Source: Peptococcaceae bacterium 1109 (GTDB lineage: Bacteria > Bacillota > Limnochordia > Darwinibacteriales > Darwinibacteriaceae). Taken from it: a stretch of DNA of 64,000 nt. This document shows positions 19,534-28,705 of this stretch, piece after piece. The stretch is taken from the NCBI GenBank assembly GCA_001028815.1, contig LDJB01000004.1, positions 147,123-211,122 on the forward strand, written 5' to 3'. The position numbers and the translations under genes were made by a program. Positions within the stretch are counted from its first letter, which is position 1. Each line of letters opens with the position of its first letter. Below the pieces are notes generated by a model. The model did no database searches. It was given only the letters and a program-made list of their open reading frames with translations, and was not told where the DNA came from.

Positions 19534-21201
19534 ATGAAGGCAAGATGGATCGTGTTGGCTGTCGTATTATCGTTGGCCCTGGGCTCCACGGCCGCCTTAG
19601 CCGCGGAACGGTATGAAACGCTGATCGTCGGCGGCGGAACCTGGAGCGCAGCAACAAGCTGGAACCCCCTGTACCCCAACAATACCAACGGAACAGTAGG
19701 CCTTGTTTACGAGACTCTGTTTGGCTACGATCCCTTGACCAACCAGCATAAGCCATGGTTGGCCGAGGAAGGCAAGTGGATATCTGACGATGTCTATGAA
19801 GTCAAACTGCGCCCTGGGATCTATTTCTCTGATGGGCAGCCTCTCACAGCTGTGGACGTAGTGTTCACATATGAACTTGCACGGGATAACAACCTCACCT
19901 ATTCGCCTATTTGGCGCACACTCAAGGAAGTGAAGGCCCTCAACCTCGATACAGTTCAGTTTGTCTTTGAGAATCCCAGCTACCAAGAGTGGCAGATCGA
20001 GCTCTACAGCCGCGCCATTCTTCCCAAGCACATCTGGAAAGACGTGCCTGGCGAGGACCTCATGGTCATTGCCAATGACAACCCTGTGGGCAGCGGCCCG
20101 TACAAGAAGCTCTTGGCTGGGCCTGACCGCAACGTCTGGGTGCGGGATGACAATTGGTGGGGCAACAAAGTATTCGGCCAGCCAAAGCCGAAGGAAATCG
20201 TAGATATGATTATCTACGAGAATAACGTTGCCCTGGGTATGCTCATGCAGCGGACATTGGACCTGAGCAACTACTTCATCCCCGGCGTCCCGGCCATCAA
20301 GAACCTCTACGGCCTCACAACTTGGTTCGACGGGCCTCCTTACATGCTCCCTGCCAACGTTGCCATGCTCATCTTGAATGTAAACCGTCCGCCTCTCGAT
20401 GATGCTCAGTTCCGCAGAGCCTTAGCCTTTGCCGTTAATCCACAAACCATTGTAGAGCGGGTCTTCGAAAACATGGTGCCCCTCTGCGATTCTACAGGAT
20501 TGTTCGGCGGCTGGACAGCATACCGCGATGCTGAGGTAGCTGAGAAACACGGCTTCTGGTATGACCCAGCCATTGCATCGCAGATGCTCGATGAAGCAGG
20601 ATACGTCGACCTCGATGGCGATGGTTGGAGAGATATGCCTGACGGCAGCGCCATCCAATTCGAGATCATTGTACCAGCTGGTTGGACTGACTGGATGGAG
20701 TCGATCCGGATCATCGCCGAAGCATTCCGTGCTATTGGCGTGAACGCCAACCCAGCATTCCCCGATCAAGCCCTCTACGAGCAGCGCATGCAGACCGGCA
20801 ACTTCGACATGCTGATCAATAACTACGGCAGCGGCATCTCTGGTTCACCATACTCCTACTGGAACTGGGTAGCCAACCACAACATCCATCGGGAGTACGT
20901 CACCGAAGGAAACTTCGGCCGATATGACAACCAAGAACTGTTCGACCTGATCTTCGAATTCAACCAGCTGCCTCCGCTCAGCGATGAATCTCTTGCCGTG
21001 GCATCCAAGATTCAGGAGATCCTACTTGTAGATATGCCTTCCATCCCATTCTGGTTGAACGGCATGTGGGCGCAGATGACCTCCCAATACTGGACCAACT
21101 GGCCAACGGAAGACAACCCCATCGGCCGGCCTTGCTCCTGGGGCAACCAGTGGCAGTTCGGTGCCATTGACATGCTCATCAACCTGCAGCCTGCCAGATA
21201 A
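19534..21201 (+). CDS. ABC transporter substrate-binding protein, family 5 (Opp/Dpp type, probably oligosaccharide-binding here)
   Basis: 555 aa with family 5 SBP architecture. The signal peptide MKARWIVLAVVLSLALGSTAALA-AE has no lipobox cysteine. Confidence 0.85.
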   Translation: MKARWIVLAVVLSLALGSTAALAAERYETLIVGGGTWSAATSWNPLYPNNTNGTVGLVYETLFGYDPLTNQHKPWLAEEGKWISDDVYEVKLRPGIYFSDGQPLTAVDVVFTYELARDNNLTYSPIWRTLKEVKALNLDTVQFVFENPSYQEWQIELYSRAILPKHIWKDVPGEDLMVIANDNPVGSGPYKKLLAGPDRNVWVRDDNWWGNKVFGQPKPKEIVDMIIYENNVALGMLMQRTLDLSNYFIPGVPAIKNLYGLTTWFDGPPYMLPANVAMLILNVNRPPLDDAQFRRALAFAVNPQTIVERVFENMVPLCDSTGLFGGWTAYRDAEVAEKHGFWYDPAIASQMLDEAGYVDLDGDGWRDMPDGSAIQFEIIVPAGWTDWMESIRIIAEAFRAIGVNANPAFPDQALYEQRMQTGNFDMLINNYGSGISGSPYSYWNWVANHNIHREYVTEGNFGRYDNQELFDLIFEFNQLPPLSDESLAVASKIQEILLVDMPSIPFWLNGMWAQMTSQYWTNWPTEDNPIGRPCSWGNQWQFGAIDMLINLQPAR

Positions 21202-21226
21202 GGACCGCAGTAACAAGCACGCCTGT

Positions 21227-21254
21227 TCCCGGCAGAACTTAGGTTCTGCCGGGA
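21227..21254 (+). other. Intercistronic hairpin after the binding-protein gene
   Basis: TCCCGGCAGAAC-ttag-GTTCTGCCGGGA, with no clean T-run. Likely an mRNA-stabilising or partial terminator element. Confidence 0.5.
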
Positions 21255-21290
21255 CATTTACAAATGCAGGTTGGAAAGGAAGGGGTTATC

Positions 21291-22280
21291 ATGGGTAGGT
21301 ATCTCACCAGGAAACTCATCATCTACATCATTACATTCCTCTTCGCAGTCACCCTCAACTGGGCTGTCCCGCGGTTTGCGCCAGGGGACCCTATCAAGAT
21401 GCTGCTTTCCCGGTTTGAGGTGATGGAGGGAGGTAAAGACATTCTTGAGAGCTTCTTTGTGAAGACCTTCGGCCTCGACAGATCGCCGCTCCAGCAGTAT
21501 GTTGGCTTTTGGCGCTCCCTGTTCGCAGGCGACCTAGGGGTCAGTATCAGCCAGTACCCTAAATCCGTCTTCAACATAATCCGTGGAGCTATAATCTACG
21601 ACTTCATCATCCTACTTCCAGCGATCATCCTCAGCTGGATTATCGGCAACAAGCTGGGCGCTTTCTCTGGCGTGAATAAGAAGGCAGACAACTTCCTCAT
21701 GCCAGTCTTCTACTTCTTGACCTCATCCCCGTACTTCTGGTTTGCTTTGGTGATCTCATATGTGTTTGGCATTGTGCTTGGCCTATTCCCCACAAGCCAC
21801 GCTTACAGCGCCACTATGAGGCCTGGGTGGACCCTCGCGTTTATCTGGGACTTTTTCCTGCATTGGTTCATGCCGTTCCTATCTCTCTTCCTAGTACAAC
21901 TGGGTGGATGGGCAATCGGTATGCGCAACATGATCATCTATGAAACCAACACCAACTACGCCAAGTACATGGAGTCCCTCGGTGCCACCGAGCGCCTCAT
22001 CCGCAACTACGGTTTCCGAAATGGTATCCTGCCGCAGGTAACGGGGCTTGCCATCAGTTTGGGTACGATCGTCTCTGGAGCGGTGCTTACACAGATGGTG
22101 TTTTCGTACCCGGGCCTAGGCTACCTAATGGTTCAGGCCATCAAGCAGAACGACTACTTCCTCATCCAAGGCTGCTTCTTGTTTTTGATCATCATGGTGC
22201 TGCTTGCAAACTTCGTTATTGACATCATCTACATGTTCATTGACCCGCGCGTGCGCCACTCGTACTCAGGGGAGGTGTAA
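21291..22280 (+). CDS. ABC transporter permease (DppB/OppB type)
   Basis: MGRYLTRKLIIYIITF... N-terminus typical of OppB-type permeases; multi-TM. ATG 21291 is preferred over 21264. Confidence 0.85.
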   Translation: MGRYLTRKLIIYIITFLFAVTLNWAVPRFAPGDPIKMLLSRFEVMEGGKDILESFFVKTFGLDRSPLQQYVGFWRSLFAGDLGVSISQYPKSVFNIIRGAIIYDFIILLPAIILSWIIGNKLGAFSGVNKKADNFLMPVFYFLTSSPYFWFALVISYVFGIVLGLFPTSHAYSATMRPGWTLAFIWDFFLHWFMPFLSLFLVQLGGWAIGMRNMIIYETNTNYAKYMESLGATERLIRNYGFRNGILPQVTGLAISLGTIVSGAVLTQMVFSYPGLGYLMVQAIKQNDYFLIQGCFLFLIIMVLLANFVIDIIYMFIDPRVRHSYSGEV

Positions 22281-23149
22281 TGATGGCAGTCAAGGATTTC
22301 TGGAAACGGCACGAAAACCTCTACTTTGCCGTATCTAACAAGAAAGTCATTCTGGGAGTTACGGTTTTCTTGGCCATCGTCGCCCTCGCCATCTTTGGGC
22401 CCATGGTCACTCCCTATGACTATGAAGAGTTTGCCGGCCGTGGGTACCAACCCCCCTCCAAGGAACACTGGTTTGGCACCACGATCATGGGAAGAGATGT
22501 GTTTACACAGGTTGTCTTTGGGCTCCGTTCCACGCTTTTGGTGGGCTTTCTGGCAGGCACCATAGCCTCCGCCATTGGTCTGGTAGTGGGCTTTGTCTCC
22601 GGCTTTTTCAGCGGGAAGGCCCCCGATGAGGGCTTGATGGCTCTCACCAATATCTTCATGGTGATCCCTTCCCTGACTTTGCTCATCATTTTGTCCGCGT
22701 ACCTCCCGTACCGAGGCATTGCGACCCAGGCCATTATTGTGGCCGCAACCGCGTGGCCGTGGACAGCCCGGGCAGTGCGCTCTCAGACCCTATCCCTGAA
22801 GAGCCAGGAGTTCGTTAACCTATCTAGGATCTCCGCGGCGCCCACGTTCCGCATAATCCGGGAAGATATTGCCGCCAACATGTTTTCCTACGTGTTTATG
22901 GTTTACATCCTACAGTTTAACGGCACAATTCTCTCCTCTGTAGGCCTAGAGTTCTTGGGCTTGGGGCCTACCCGGGGGATCTCCCTGGGACTGGTGCTGC
23001 AGAATGCTGTAAACTGGAATGCGCTCCACCTGGGGATGTGGTGGTGGACTATCATCCCAGGCCTGATCTTGACCTTGATGATTGTCTCTCTCTACTTCAT
23101 CAACACGGGCCTTGATGAAGTGTTCAATCCACGCTTAAGGGAGATGTAG
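22280..23149 (+). CDS. ABC transporter permease (DppC/OppC type)
   Basis: HWFGTTIMGRDVFTQVVFG motif of OppC-type permeases. The start overlaps the upstream stop by 1 nt. Confidence 0.85.
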   Translation: MMAVKDFWKRHENLYFAVSNKKVILGVTVFLAIVALAIFGPMVTPYDYEEFAGRGYQPPSKEHWFGTTIMGRDVFTQVVFGLRSTLLVGFLAGTIASAIGLVVGFVSGFFSGKAPDEGLMALTNIFMVIPSLTLLIILSAYLPYRGIATQAIIVAATAWPWTARAVRSQTLSLKSQEFVNLSRISAAPTFRIIREDIAANMFSYVFMVYILQFNGTILSSVGLEFLGLGPTRGISLGLVLQNAVNWNALHLGMWWWTIIPGLILTLMIVSLYFINTGLDEVFNPRLREM

Positions 23150-23151
23150 CC

Positions 23152-24141
23152 ATGGCAGCAGATGTGATCCTCGATGTGCAGGAACTACGAGCATATTACC
23201 GCATTCTCAAAGGTGATGTGAAGGCCGTTGATGGAGTGACGTTCCAAGTGGTGCGAGGGGAAATCCTGGGGATCGCGGGGGAATCTGGCTGCGGCAAGAG
23301 CACTTTGGCTCACACGCTTATGCTGCGTAAGCCTCCCTTAACCCATATCTCCGGCAAGGCAGTCTTCCTCGGCCAGGATATTATGGCCATGGGCAAGGAA
23401 GCATTTCGAAAGCGGCGCTTGCAGGACATTTCCATCATCCCGCAGTACGCTTTGGATGCCCTGAGCCCCACCAAAACCATAGGCACTTTCTTTGCCGATC
23501 TTGTGCGCGAGCACGGCTTGCCAGCAGATAGCGCATTTTTCGAGCGGGTAAGGGAACGCCTCCGGTTTGTGAACCTAGATCCGGAAGTGCTGGACAAGTA
23601 CCCCATTGAGCTCTCTGGGGGTATGAAGCAACGGGTGATCATGGTGATTTCCACCATTCTCAATCCCGCTTTGGTCATTGCTGATGAGATCACTTCCGCC
23701 CTTGATGTGAGCTCCCAAAGATTTGCCGCCAGCCTCTTGGTGGAACTTAGGGATAAGGGTATTATTGGCTCCGCGATGTTCATCACCCACGATCTGGCCA
23801 TCCTCTATCAAATAGCCGATCGCCTCCTCATCATGTACGGTGGCCACGTTGTGGAAACGGGCCCAGTGGAAACCATCGTGCACGGTCCCCGTCATCCCTA
23901 TACGCAAGCCCTGCTGAGCTCCCTCCCCAAAGTAGGGGTGCAAATTAAGGACCAGCGCTTGGAGGGCATCAAGGGGACACCTCCAGAGCTACTGAACATT
24001 GGGCCAGGGTGCCGCTTCCGGGCTAGGTGCCCCTACCGCACACAGCGCTGCGAGGAGACACCGGCAACAGAGAATATTAGCCCTGAACACAGCATTGCCT
24101 GCTGGAACTATAGGGACATTGGAGGGGAGCAGGTTGGTTGA
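23152..24141 (+). CDS. ABC transporter ATP-binding protein (OppD/DppD type)
   Basis: Walker A GESGCGKST, signature LSGGMKQR, Walker B VIADE and a C-terminal oligopeptide-type extension with a Cys cluster. Confidence 0.9.
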   Translation: MAADVILDVQELRAYYRILKGDVKAVDGVTFQVVRGEILGIAGESGCGKSTLAHTLMLRKPPLTHISGKAVFLGQDIMAMGKEAFRKRRLQDISIIPQYALDALSPTKTIGTFFADLVREHGLPADSAFFERVRERLRFVNLDPEVLDKYPIELSGGMKQRVIMVISTILNPALVIADEITSALDVSSQRFAASLLVELRDKGIIGSAMFITHDLAILYQIADRLLIMYGGHVVETGPVETIVHGPRHPYTQALLSSLPKVGVQIKDQRLEGIKGTPPELLNIGPGCRFRARCPYRTQRCEETPATENISPEHSIACWNYRDIGGEQVG

Positions 24142-25060
24142 CAGAAAACAAGAACCGATCCTTAGGGTTGAGAACCTCACCAAAGTCTTCAGCAGCGGAG
24201 TCTTCTTCCGGCAATTCACGGAAGCAGTGCGAGAGGTCTCCTTTGAAATGTATCCGGGCACAATTATGTCGCTTATCGGGGAGAGCGGCAGCGGCAAGAC
24301 TACCATCGGGCGAATGGTTCTTAAGCTCCTCCGCCCCACAGCAGGGAAGATCTACTTCCAGGAGCAGGATATAGCCACCCTCAGGGGCAAGGCCGAACTG
24401 AGGGAATACTACCGCCGTGTCCAGGGCGTTTTTCAGGACCCCTTCTCATCATTCAATCCCCTCTTCCGGGTGGATAGGGTATTTGACATGGTCTACGATG
24501 TGTTTCTACCAGATGTGAAGGATCGGGAAGAGCGTACCCGGGAAGTGCTGAGAAAGGTCAACCTAAACCCAGAGCGGGTTCTGCATCAGTTCCCTCACCA
24601 GCTGAGCGGAGGCCAACTTCAGAGGCTCCTCATCGCCAGAGCCCTCCTACTGGATGTGAAAGTGCTGATCGCTGATGAGTTGATCAGTATGCTAGATGCT
24701 TCTACCCGCATGGGCATCCTCAATCTTCTCGCGGATATCTGCCAATCAACAGGGATGTCAGTGTTGTTTATTACCCACGACTTGGCCCTGGGTTACTACA
24801 TCAGCGATTACACCATGATCATGCACCGGGGGCGGTTAGTGGAACAAGGGGCAACAGCAGAGGTCTACCACAACCCGATCCATCCCTACACCAGGATGCT
24901 CTTCCGCTCAGTGCCGGATATCGGGCACCGCTGGGATCCAAAGGAGAAGTTTGTTCCCGAGCAGGTGAGCAGAGAAATTGCCGAATTCTATGCCAGCAAC
25001 AGCGGGCGGGGCTTCGCCCAGGTGAGTTCCAGCCACAAAGTGTTGATGAGCCTTGATTGA
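24134..25060 (+). CDS. ABC transporter ATP-binding protein (OppF/DppF type)
   Basis: Walker A GESGSGKTT, LSGGQLQR and LIADE. TTG 24134 (GGAGGGGA upstream, 8-nt overlap with the upstream gene) is preferred over the track start 23999, which lies inside the upstream gene. Confidence 0.85.
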   Translation: MVDRKQEPILRVENLTKVFSSGVFFRQFTEAVREVSFEMYPGTIMSLIGESGSGKTTIGRMVLKLLRPTAGKIYFQEQDIATLRGKAELREYYRRVQGVFQDPFSSFNPLFRVDRVFDMVYDVFLPDVKDREERTREVLRKVNLNPERVLHQFPHQLSGGQLQRLLIARALLLDVKVLIADELISMLDASTRMGILNLLADICQSTGMSVLFITHDLALGYYISDYTMIMHRGRLVEQGATAEVYHNPIHPYTRMLFRSVPDIGHRWDPKEKFVPEQVSREIAEFYASNSGRGFAQVSSSHKVLMSLD

Positions 25061-25066
25061 CAAGAA

Positions 25067-25098
25067 AAGCGGGTGCCTTCCTAGTGAGGCACCCGCTT
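25067..25098. terminator. Bidirectional hairpin terminator (ABC operon / PPIase)
   Basis: AAGCGGGTGCC-(10 nt)-GGCACCCGCTT. The minus-strand reading is followed by ttttctt. Confidence 0.7.
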
Positions 25099-25101
25099 CT
25101 A

Positions 25102-25704
25102 CTATCGGATGACTTCTGGTTGAGGATATTCCACTCCAAAAGTCTCCACCGTAACTCTTACCATCTTCTGATCCTCGATGGGCCTGTCCCCCGCCCGCCT
25201 AGGCACAGTCACGATTTTGTCCACCACATCCATGCCCCTGATCACCCTGCCAAAGGCCGCGTAAGAACCATCAAGGTGTGGAGCATCATCCACCATGATA
25301 AAGAACTGTGAGCCCGCGGAATCGGGGTGGTTTGCTCGAGCCATGGAAATTACGCCTCGCTCGTGCTTCAGCCCGTTGAGAAAACCGTTGCGGGAAAACT
25401 CCCCTTTAATGCTGTAACCAGGGCCTCCAGTACCGTTCCCCAGTGGATCTCCCCCTTGAATCACAAAACCTGGGATTACCCGGTGGAAGATCAAGCCATC
25501 GTAGAACCCTTGCTGTACCAACGAGATGAAGTTGTAGACGGTATTGGGAGCAACGTCTGGATACAGCTCCACGTCGATCACGCCCAGGTCCCCCATATCG
25601 ATAGTAACAACTGGATTGGCATTTTCCGTCATGGCCCGGCCAGTTCCTGCTACGCTGGAAGCCACAAGGAACAGCACTCCTAACCAAATTGCCTGTCTGA
25701 ACAC
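25102..25704 (-). CDS. Secreted cyclophilin-type peptidyl-prolyl cis-trans isomerase
   Basis: FHRVIPGFVIQGGDP...GTGGPGY and MARANHPDSAGSQFFI motifs, with an N-terminal signal peptide. Confidence 0.9.
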   Translation of the reverse strand: MFRQAIWLGVLFLVASSVAGTGRAMTENANPVVTIDMGDLGVIDVELYPDVAPNTVYNFISLVQQGFYDGLIFHRVIPGFVIQGGDPLGNGTGGPGYSIKGEFSRNGFLNGLKHERGVISMARANHPDSAGSQFFIMVDDAPHLDGSYAAFGRVIRGMDVVDKIVTVPRRAGDRPIEDQKMVRVTVETFGVEYPQPEVIR

Positions 25705-25820
25705 TTAACTCAACTCCCTTTTTCTGGATAAAATTCATTATATCACAACTTAAATTTCATTTTTAGCAGGAACCCGGCATCGAACAGCGAATTTACAAAT
25801 CCAAGTGGGAGGGGATTGCC

Positions 25821-26246
25821 ATGATGTGGAAAGAAAAGTACAGAGTTGGCGCTGATCTAATTGACACTCAGCACCAAGAATTGTTTCAGCGAGTATCCAA
25901 TTTCATTCAGACGGTTCAATCGCCCCAGCCTTGGGAGGCAAAACTAGAGCAGGTCAAAGAGACGATGGCCTTCATGCAGGACTACGTCATCATTCACTTT
26001 AGTGATGAAGAACGCTTTCAGGAAGAGATCGGCTATCCTGAACTTCAGCGCCACAAAGAAATCCATGCTCAGTTCCGCGCGGGTATCCGGAGATATGCCG
26101 ATCGGGTGGCAAAAGAGGGCTTCACGGAAGAGCTTATTCAAGAATTTGGCGGCCGGCTCATGGCATGGTTGATCATGCATGTCGCCGCGGAAGACCAGAA
26201 GATCGGAGCATTTCTGCGCAGTCAAGGAGGCAGCCATGAAAGCTGA
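25821..26246 (+). CDS. Bacteriohemerythrin (hemerythrin-like metal-binding protein)
   Basis: W.EKY.VG...ID.QH..LF, HF..EE and H..EH...F His/Glu ligand spacing; 141 aa. Confidence 0.85.
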   Translation: MMWKEKYRVGADLIDTQHQELFQRVSNFIQTVQSPQPWEAKLEQVKETMAFMQDYVIIHFSDEERFQEEIGYPELQRHKEIHAQFRAGIRRYADRVAKEGFTEELIQEFGGRLMAWLIMHVAAEDQKIGAFLRSQGGSHES

Positions 26247-26703
26247 ATACATAAATGCGTTCTACCTTGCAACGCAAGACGTCTTCAGGTTGATGCTGGA
26301 TTTGGAAACAACTCGCCTGGCCATGCGAGTCACAGAAGAACTAGTACCTTTCCGAGAGGCAAACGTAGTGATCGGGGTAACGGGAGACTTGGCTGGCTCC
26401 CTCCTCTACAGTTTCCCTAAGAACATGGCACTGGAAATGGTCCGAATCATGTCTGGTATGGAGATGACGGAGCTAGACGCCTTTGTCACCTCAGCCATGG
26501 GCGAACTCGCGAATATTATCAGCGGGAACGCCATGACCAGGCTCTTTGAGAGCAACTTCCGCTGTGACATTGTTCCTCCGCAGATTCTAATCGGGGGTGG
26601 CCAATCGTTGTCCATGGCAACTCCCCAAGCCATTGTCTTGCAGCTGCAGACAAGTATCGGAGCCTTTGAAGTCAGCATATCCCTGCGAACAGCTAAATCA
26701 TAG
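26236..26703 (+). CDS. cheX: CheX/CheC-family chemotaxis phosphatase-like protein
   Basis: MKAEYINAFYLATQDVFRLML, VIGVTGDLAGSLL and MGELANIISGNA. ATG 26236 with AAGGAGG upstream overlaps the hemerythrin gene by 11 nt. Confidence 0.75.
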   Translation: MKAEYINAFYLATQDVFRLMLDLETTRLAMRVTEELVPFREANVVIGVTGDLAGSLLYSFPKNMALEMVRIMSGMEMTELDAFVTSAMGELANIISGNAMTRLFESNFRCDIVPPQILIGGGQSLSMATPQAIVLQLQTSIGAFEVSISLRTAKS

Positions 26704-26712
26704 AAAGTGCCA

Positions 26713-26734
26713 GCCCACAGCTTCGGCTGTGGGC
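26713..26734. terminator. Hairpin between convergent cheX-like and barrel genes
   Basis: GCCCACAGC-ttcg-GCTGTGGGC. Confidence 0.6.
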
Positions 26735-26741
26735 ATTTCCA

Positions 26742-27920
26742 TTAAAACGACCCGTTCCCAAAGGTAAGGGCAGCATACACTTGAGTGGCCGTAGCTAGCG
26801 GACTGAACTGGTCCTGGCTATAGAAACGGCGAATCCCAACCTGGGGCTTGATCGACTTCACGCTGGGCAAACTGAGGCTGAAATCGAGGATGCCTGACCT
26901 ATCGGAAAGGGAGCCAATCCACATCCCTGCAGCAGAAAGCTTGGATTTCAGCAGGTTATTCCAGCTGAGCAAGGCAGCTGCCTGGTGTGTACCGCTGTAG
27001 AGATACTGGGCCGCAGTGGTAATGTCATACAAGCCTTCCTCATCCCTATAGCTATACCGGCCCCCCACCGTCCACTGCCACGATAACGGGCTCTCCTCTG
27101 AGCCTGCTTCCCTGTCCACAGTTACTACCCCTTCACCAAACACGCTTACCTCACCTATTGTTGACGAAACGGTTGCCATAAGGTGCAAAGGCCGATCTGC
27201 CCGGTAATAGCCGCCGAATCCTAGCTCTGTTTTCCCCACCACATACTCTGCCTTAGGGGCAATGGCAATATCCCCCAAGCCATCCATATCCTCGAAGAGC
27301 AGGTACAAGTAGTAGTTGTTACTCCCCACTGGGTAGTGGGCCTTGAGGGCAGTGGGCCCCTCCCGAGGCGCCTCTGCATCAAAGGGGTCGATCCGGCCCA
27401 CGTTGATCACATCTGCAGGGCTGAAGAAGTACCCCACGCCCCAGTTGATGGTTTGCTTCCCCGCTCTTAAATACAGCTTGTCCAGAAGAGTATAGTCCAA
27501 GAAAAGCTCATGGAGGGAGAAGTCCGCGGCCTCTGTAGACTTCCCTTCAGGCCAGCTCTCGTACCCGATATTCGCAGCGTACTTGCCTTTCACGAAGGCC
27601 CGCCAAGTGGGATCAGGCCGGAGGTCCATGTAGAGGTCACCGCTTAAACTAACAGCAAACTCATCCCTGGTCACATCCATGGGAAACGGAAAGGCAATCT
27701 GGCTGTACAGGCGGCTCCCGTTAACGTTCAGGCGGTAGGAACCCCCTAGATCGATAGGCTCACCAATGAGCACTGCCTCCACGGGGGAGCCGCCCTCAGG
27801 GCCTTCTTCCAGTTCCTGCAGGATTTCACCGCCAAACAAGAGGTCGAAATCAAAGTCATCAGCGGCTCCAGTCCCACTCAGAAGCACCAGCAGTGCTAAA
27901 ACCAAACAAAGACGCCCCAT
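26742..27920 (-). CDS. Secreted beta-rich protein, probable outer-membrane beta-barrel (DUF1302/alginate-export-like motif)
   Basis: ATG 27920 (GAGGGT upstream) gives the signal peptide MGRLCLVLALLVLLSGTGAADD. There are no hydrophobic helices, the composition is G/Y/S/aromatic-rich, and the motif LRAGKQTINWGVGYFFSPADVIN is present. The C-terminus is ...ALTFGNGSF (terminal Phe). Confidence 0.55.
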   Translation of the reverse strand: MGRLCLVLALLVLLSGTGAADDFDFDLLFGGEILQELEEGPEGGSPVEAVLIGEPIDLGGSYRLNVNGSRLYSQIAFPFPMDVTRDEFAVSLSGDLYMDLRPDPTWRAFVKGKYAANIGYESWPEGKSTEAADFSLHELFLDYTLLDKLYLRAGKQTINWGVGYFFSPADVINVGRIDPFDAEAPREGPTALKAHYPVGSNNYYLYLLFEDMDGLGDIAIAPKAEYVVGKTELGFGGYYRADRPLHLMATVSSTIGEVSVFGEGVVTVDREAGSEESPLSWQWTVGGRYSYRDEEGLYDITTAAQYLYSGTHQAAALLSWNNLLKSKLSAAGMWIGSLSDRSGILDFSLSLPSVKSIKPQVGIRRFYSQDQFSPLATATQVYAALTFGNGSF

Positions 27921-27930
27921 ATTTACCCTC

Positions 27931-28692
27931 CTAGCGGTTTGCCCGTTCCAAGAACGCCTTGGTAAAGACATTATCAGGGAGCTTGGCTGTGGAAATCTCT
28001 GAAAGGGAAATTTGAGTCTTCTTCCCTTCCACAAGCTCATCGATGAAAATCATCTGGGTGGGGATCACTCCGTCCCCCACCTTAGTGTAGCTTGGGAACA
28101 GCCCTGAACGCATCAGCCGCTTGTTGAGGCTGAATTCTTGTGTGCGTAGGACCAGGTTACTGTCTTTGGTGATCCAGAGCTTCGCATAGGGGTATGGTAC
28201 GGTGTCATCCACCGCCTCCAAATCCACTACATAAACGGAGAAGTTCCCCAGGACATCCTCGGTATAATCCACAACCTTGTACGACGAGGAGTAGCTCCAT
28301 TGGCTGAAGTCTGCATTGCGGGCATCGGTGCCCTGGAAGCTCTCCTTTAGGGAAGTGTGGGCAAACTTCCTGCTGGAGGGGTCATAAAACCAGAGGTTGT
28401 CTCCCTCCAAGAGGTACCCCTGGCCCCGCTGAGTGCGGGGCTCCTCAATGAGAAGGAGGAAGCGCTCTCCATCATCCCGGCGGAAATGGCGCACCACAAT
28501 TTTCTCCAAACCTTCCTCTGGATCTTCGATGATCATGGTCAAAACCGCGGACAGGTCAGTCTCTGGAAACGAGGACTGTTCGTCCACTTTCCGCAAGATA
28601 TCTTCAATGATGCTCATGTCTTTCTCCGCTGCTGCGGCCGTCCAACAGCAGGCCAAAATCAGCAGGACAAGCAATGCTTTGTGCTTCCGCAT
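27931..28692 (-). CDS. LolA-like outer-membrane lipoprotein-sorting family protein (secreted, possibly lipidated)
   Basis: Signal peptide MRKHKALLVLLILACC. LLIEEPRTQRGQGYLLEGDNLWFYDPSSRKFAHTSLKESFQGTDARNADF matches my memory of the LolA_like family. Confidence 0.75.
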   Translation of the reverse strand: MRKHKALLVLLILACCWTAAAAEKDMSIIEDILRKVDEQSSFPETDLSAVLTMIIEDPEEGLEKIVVRHFRRDDGERFLLLIEEPRTQRGQGYLLEGDNLWFYDPSSRKFAHTSLKESFQGTDARNADFSQWSYSSSYKVVDYTEDVLGNFSVYVVDLEAVDDTVPYPYAKLWITKDSNLVLRTQEFSLNKRLMRSGLFPSYTKVGDGVIPTQMIFIDELVEGKKTQISLSEISTAKLPDNVFTKAFLERANR

Positions 28693-28705
28693 AGGTTCTC
28701 TCTCC

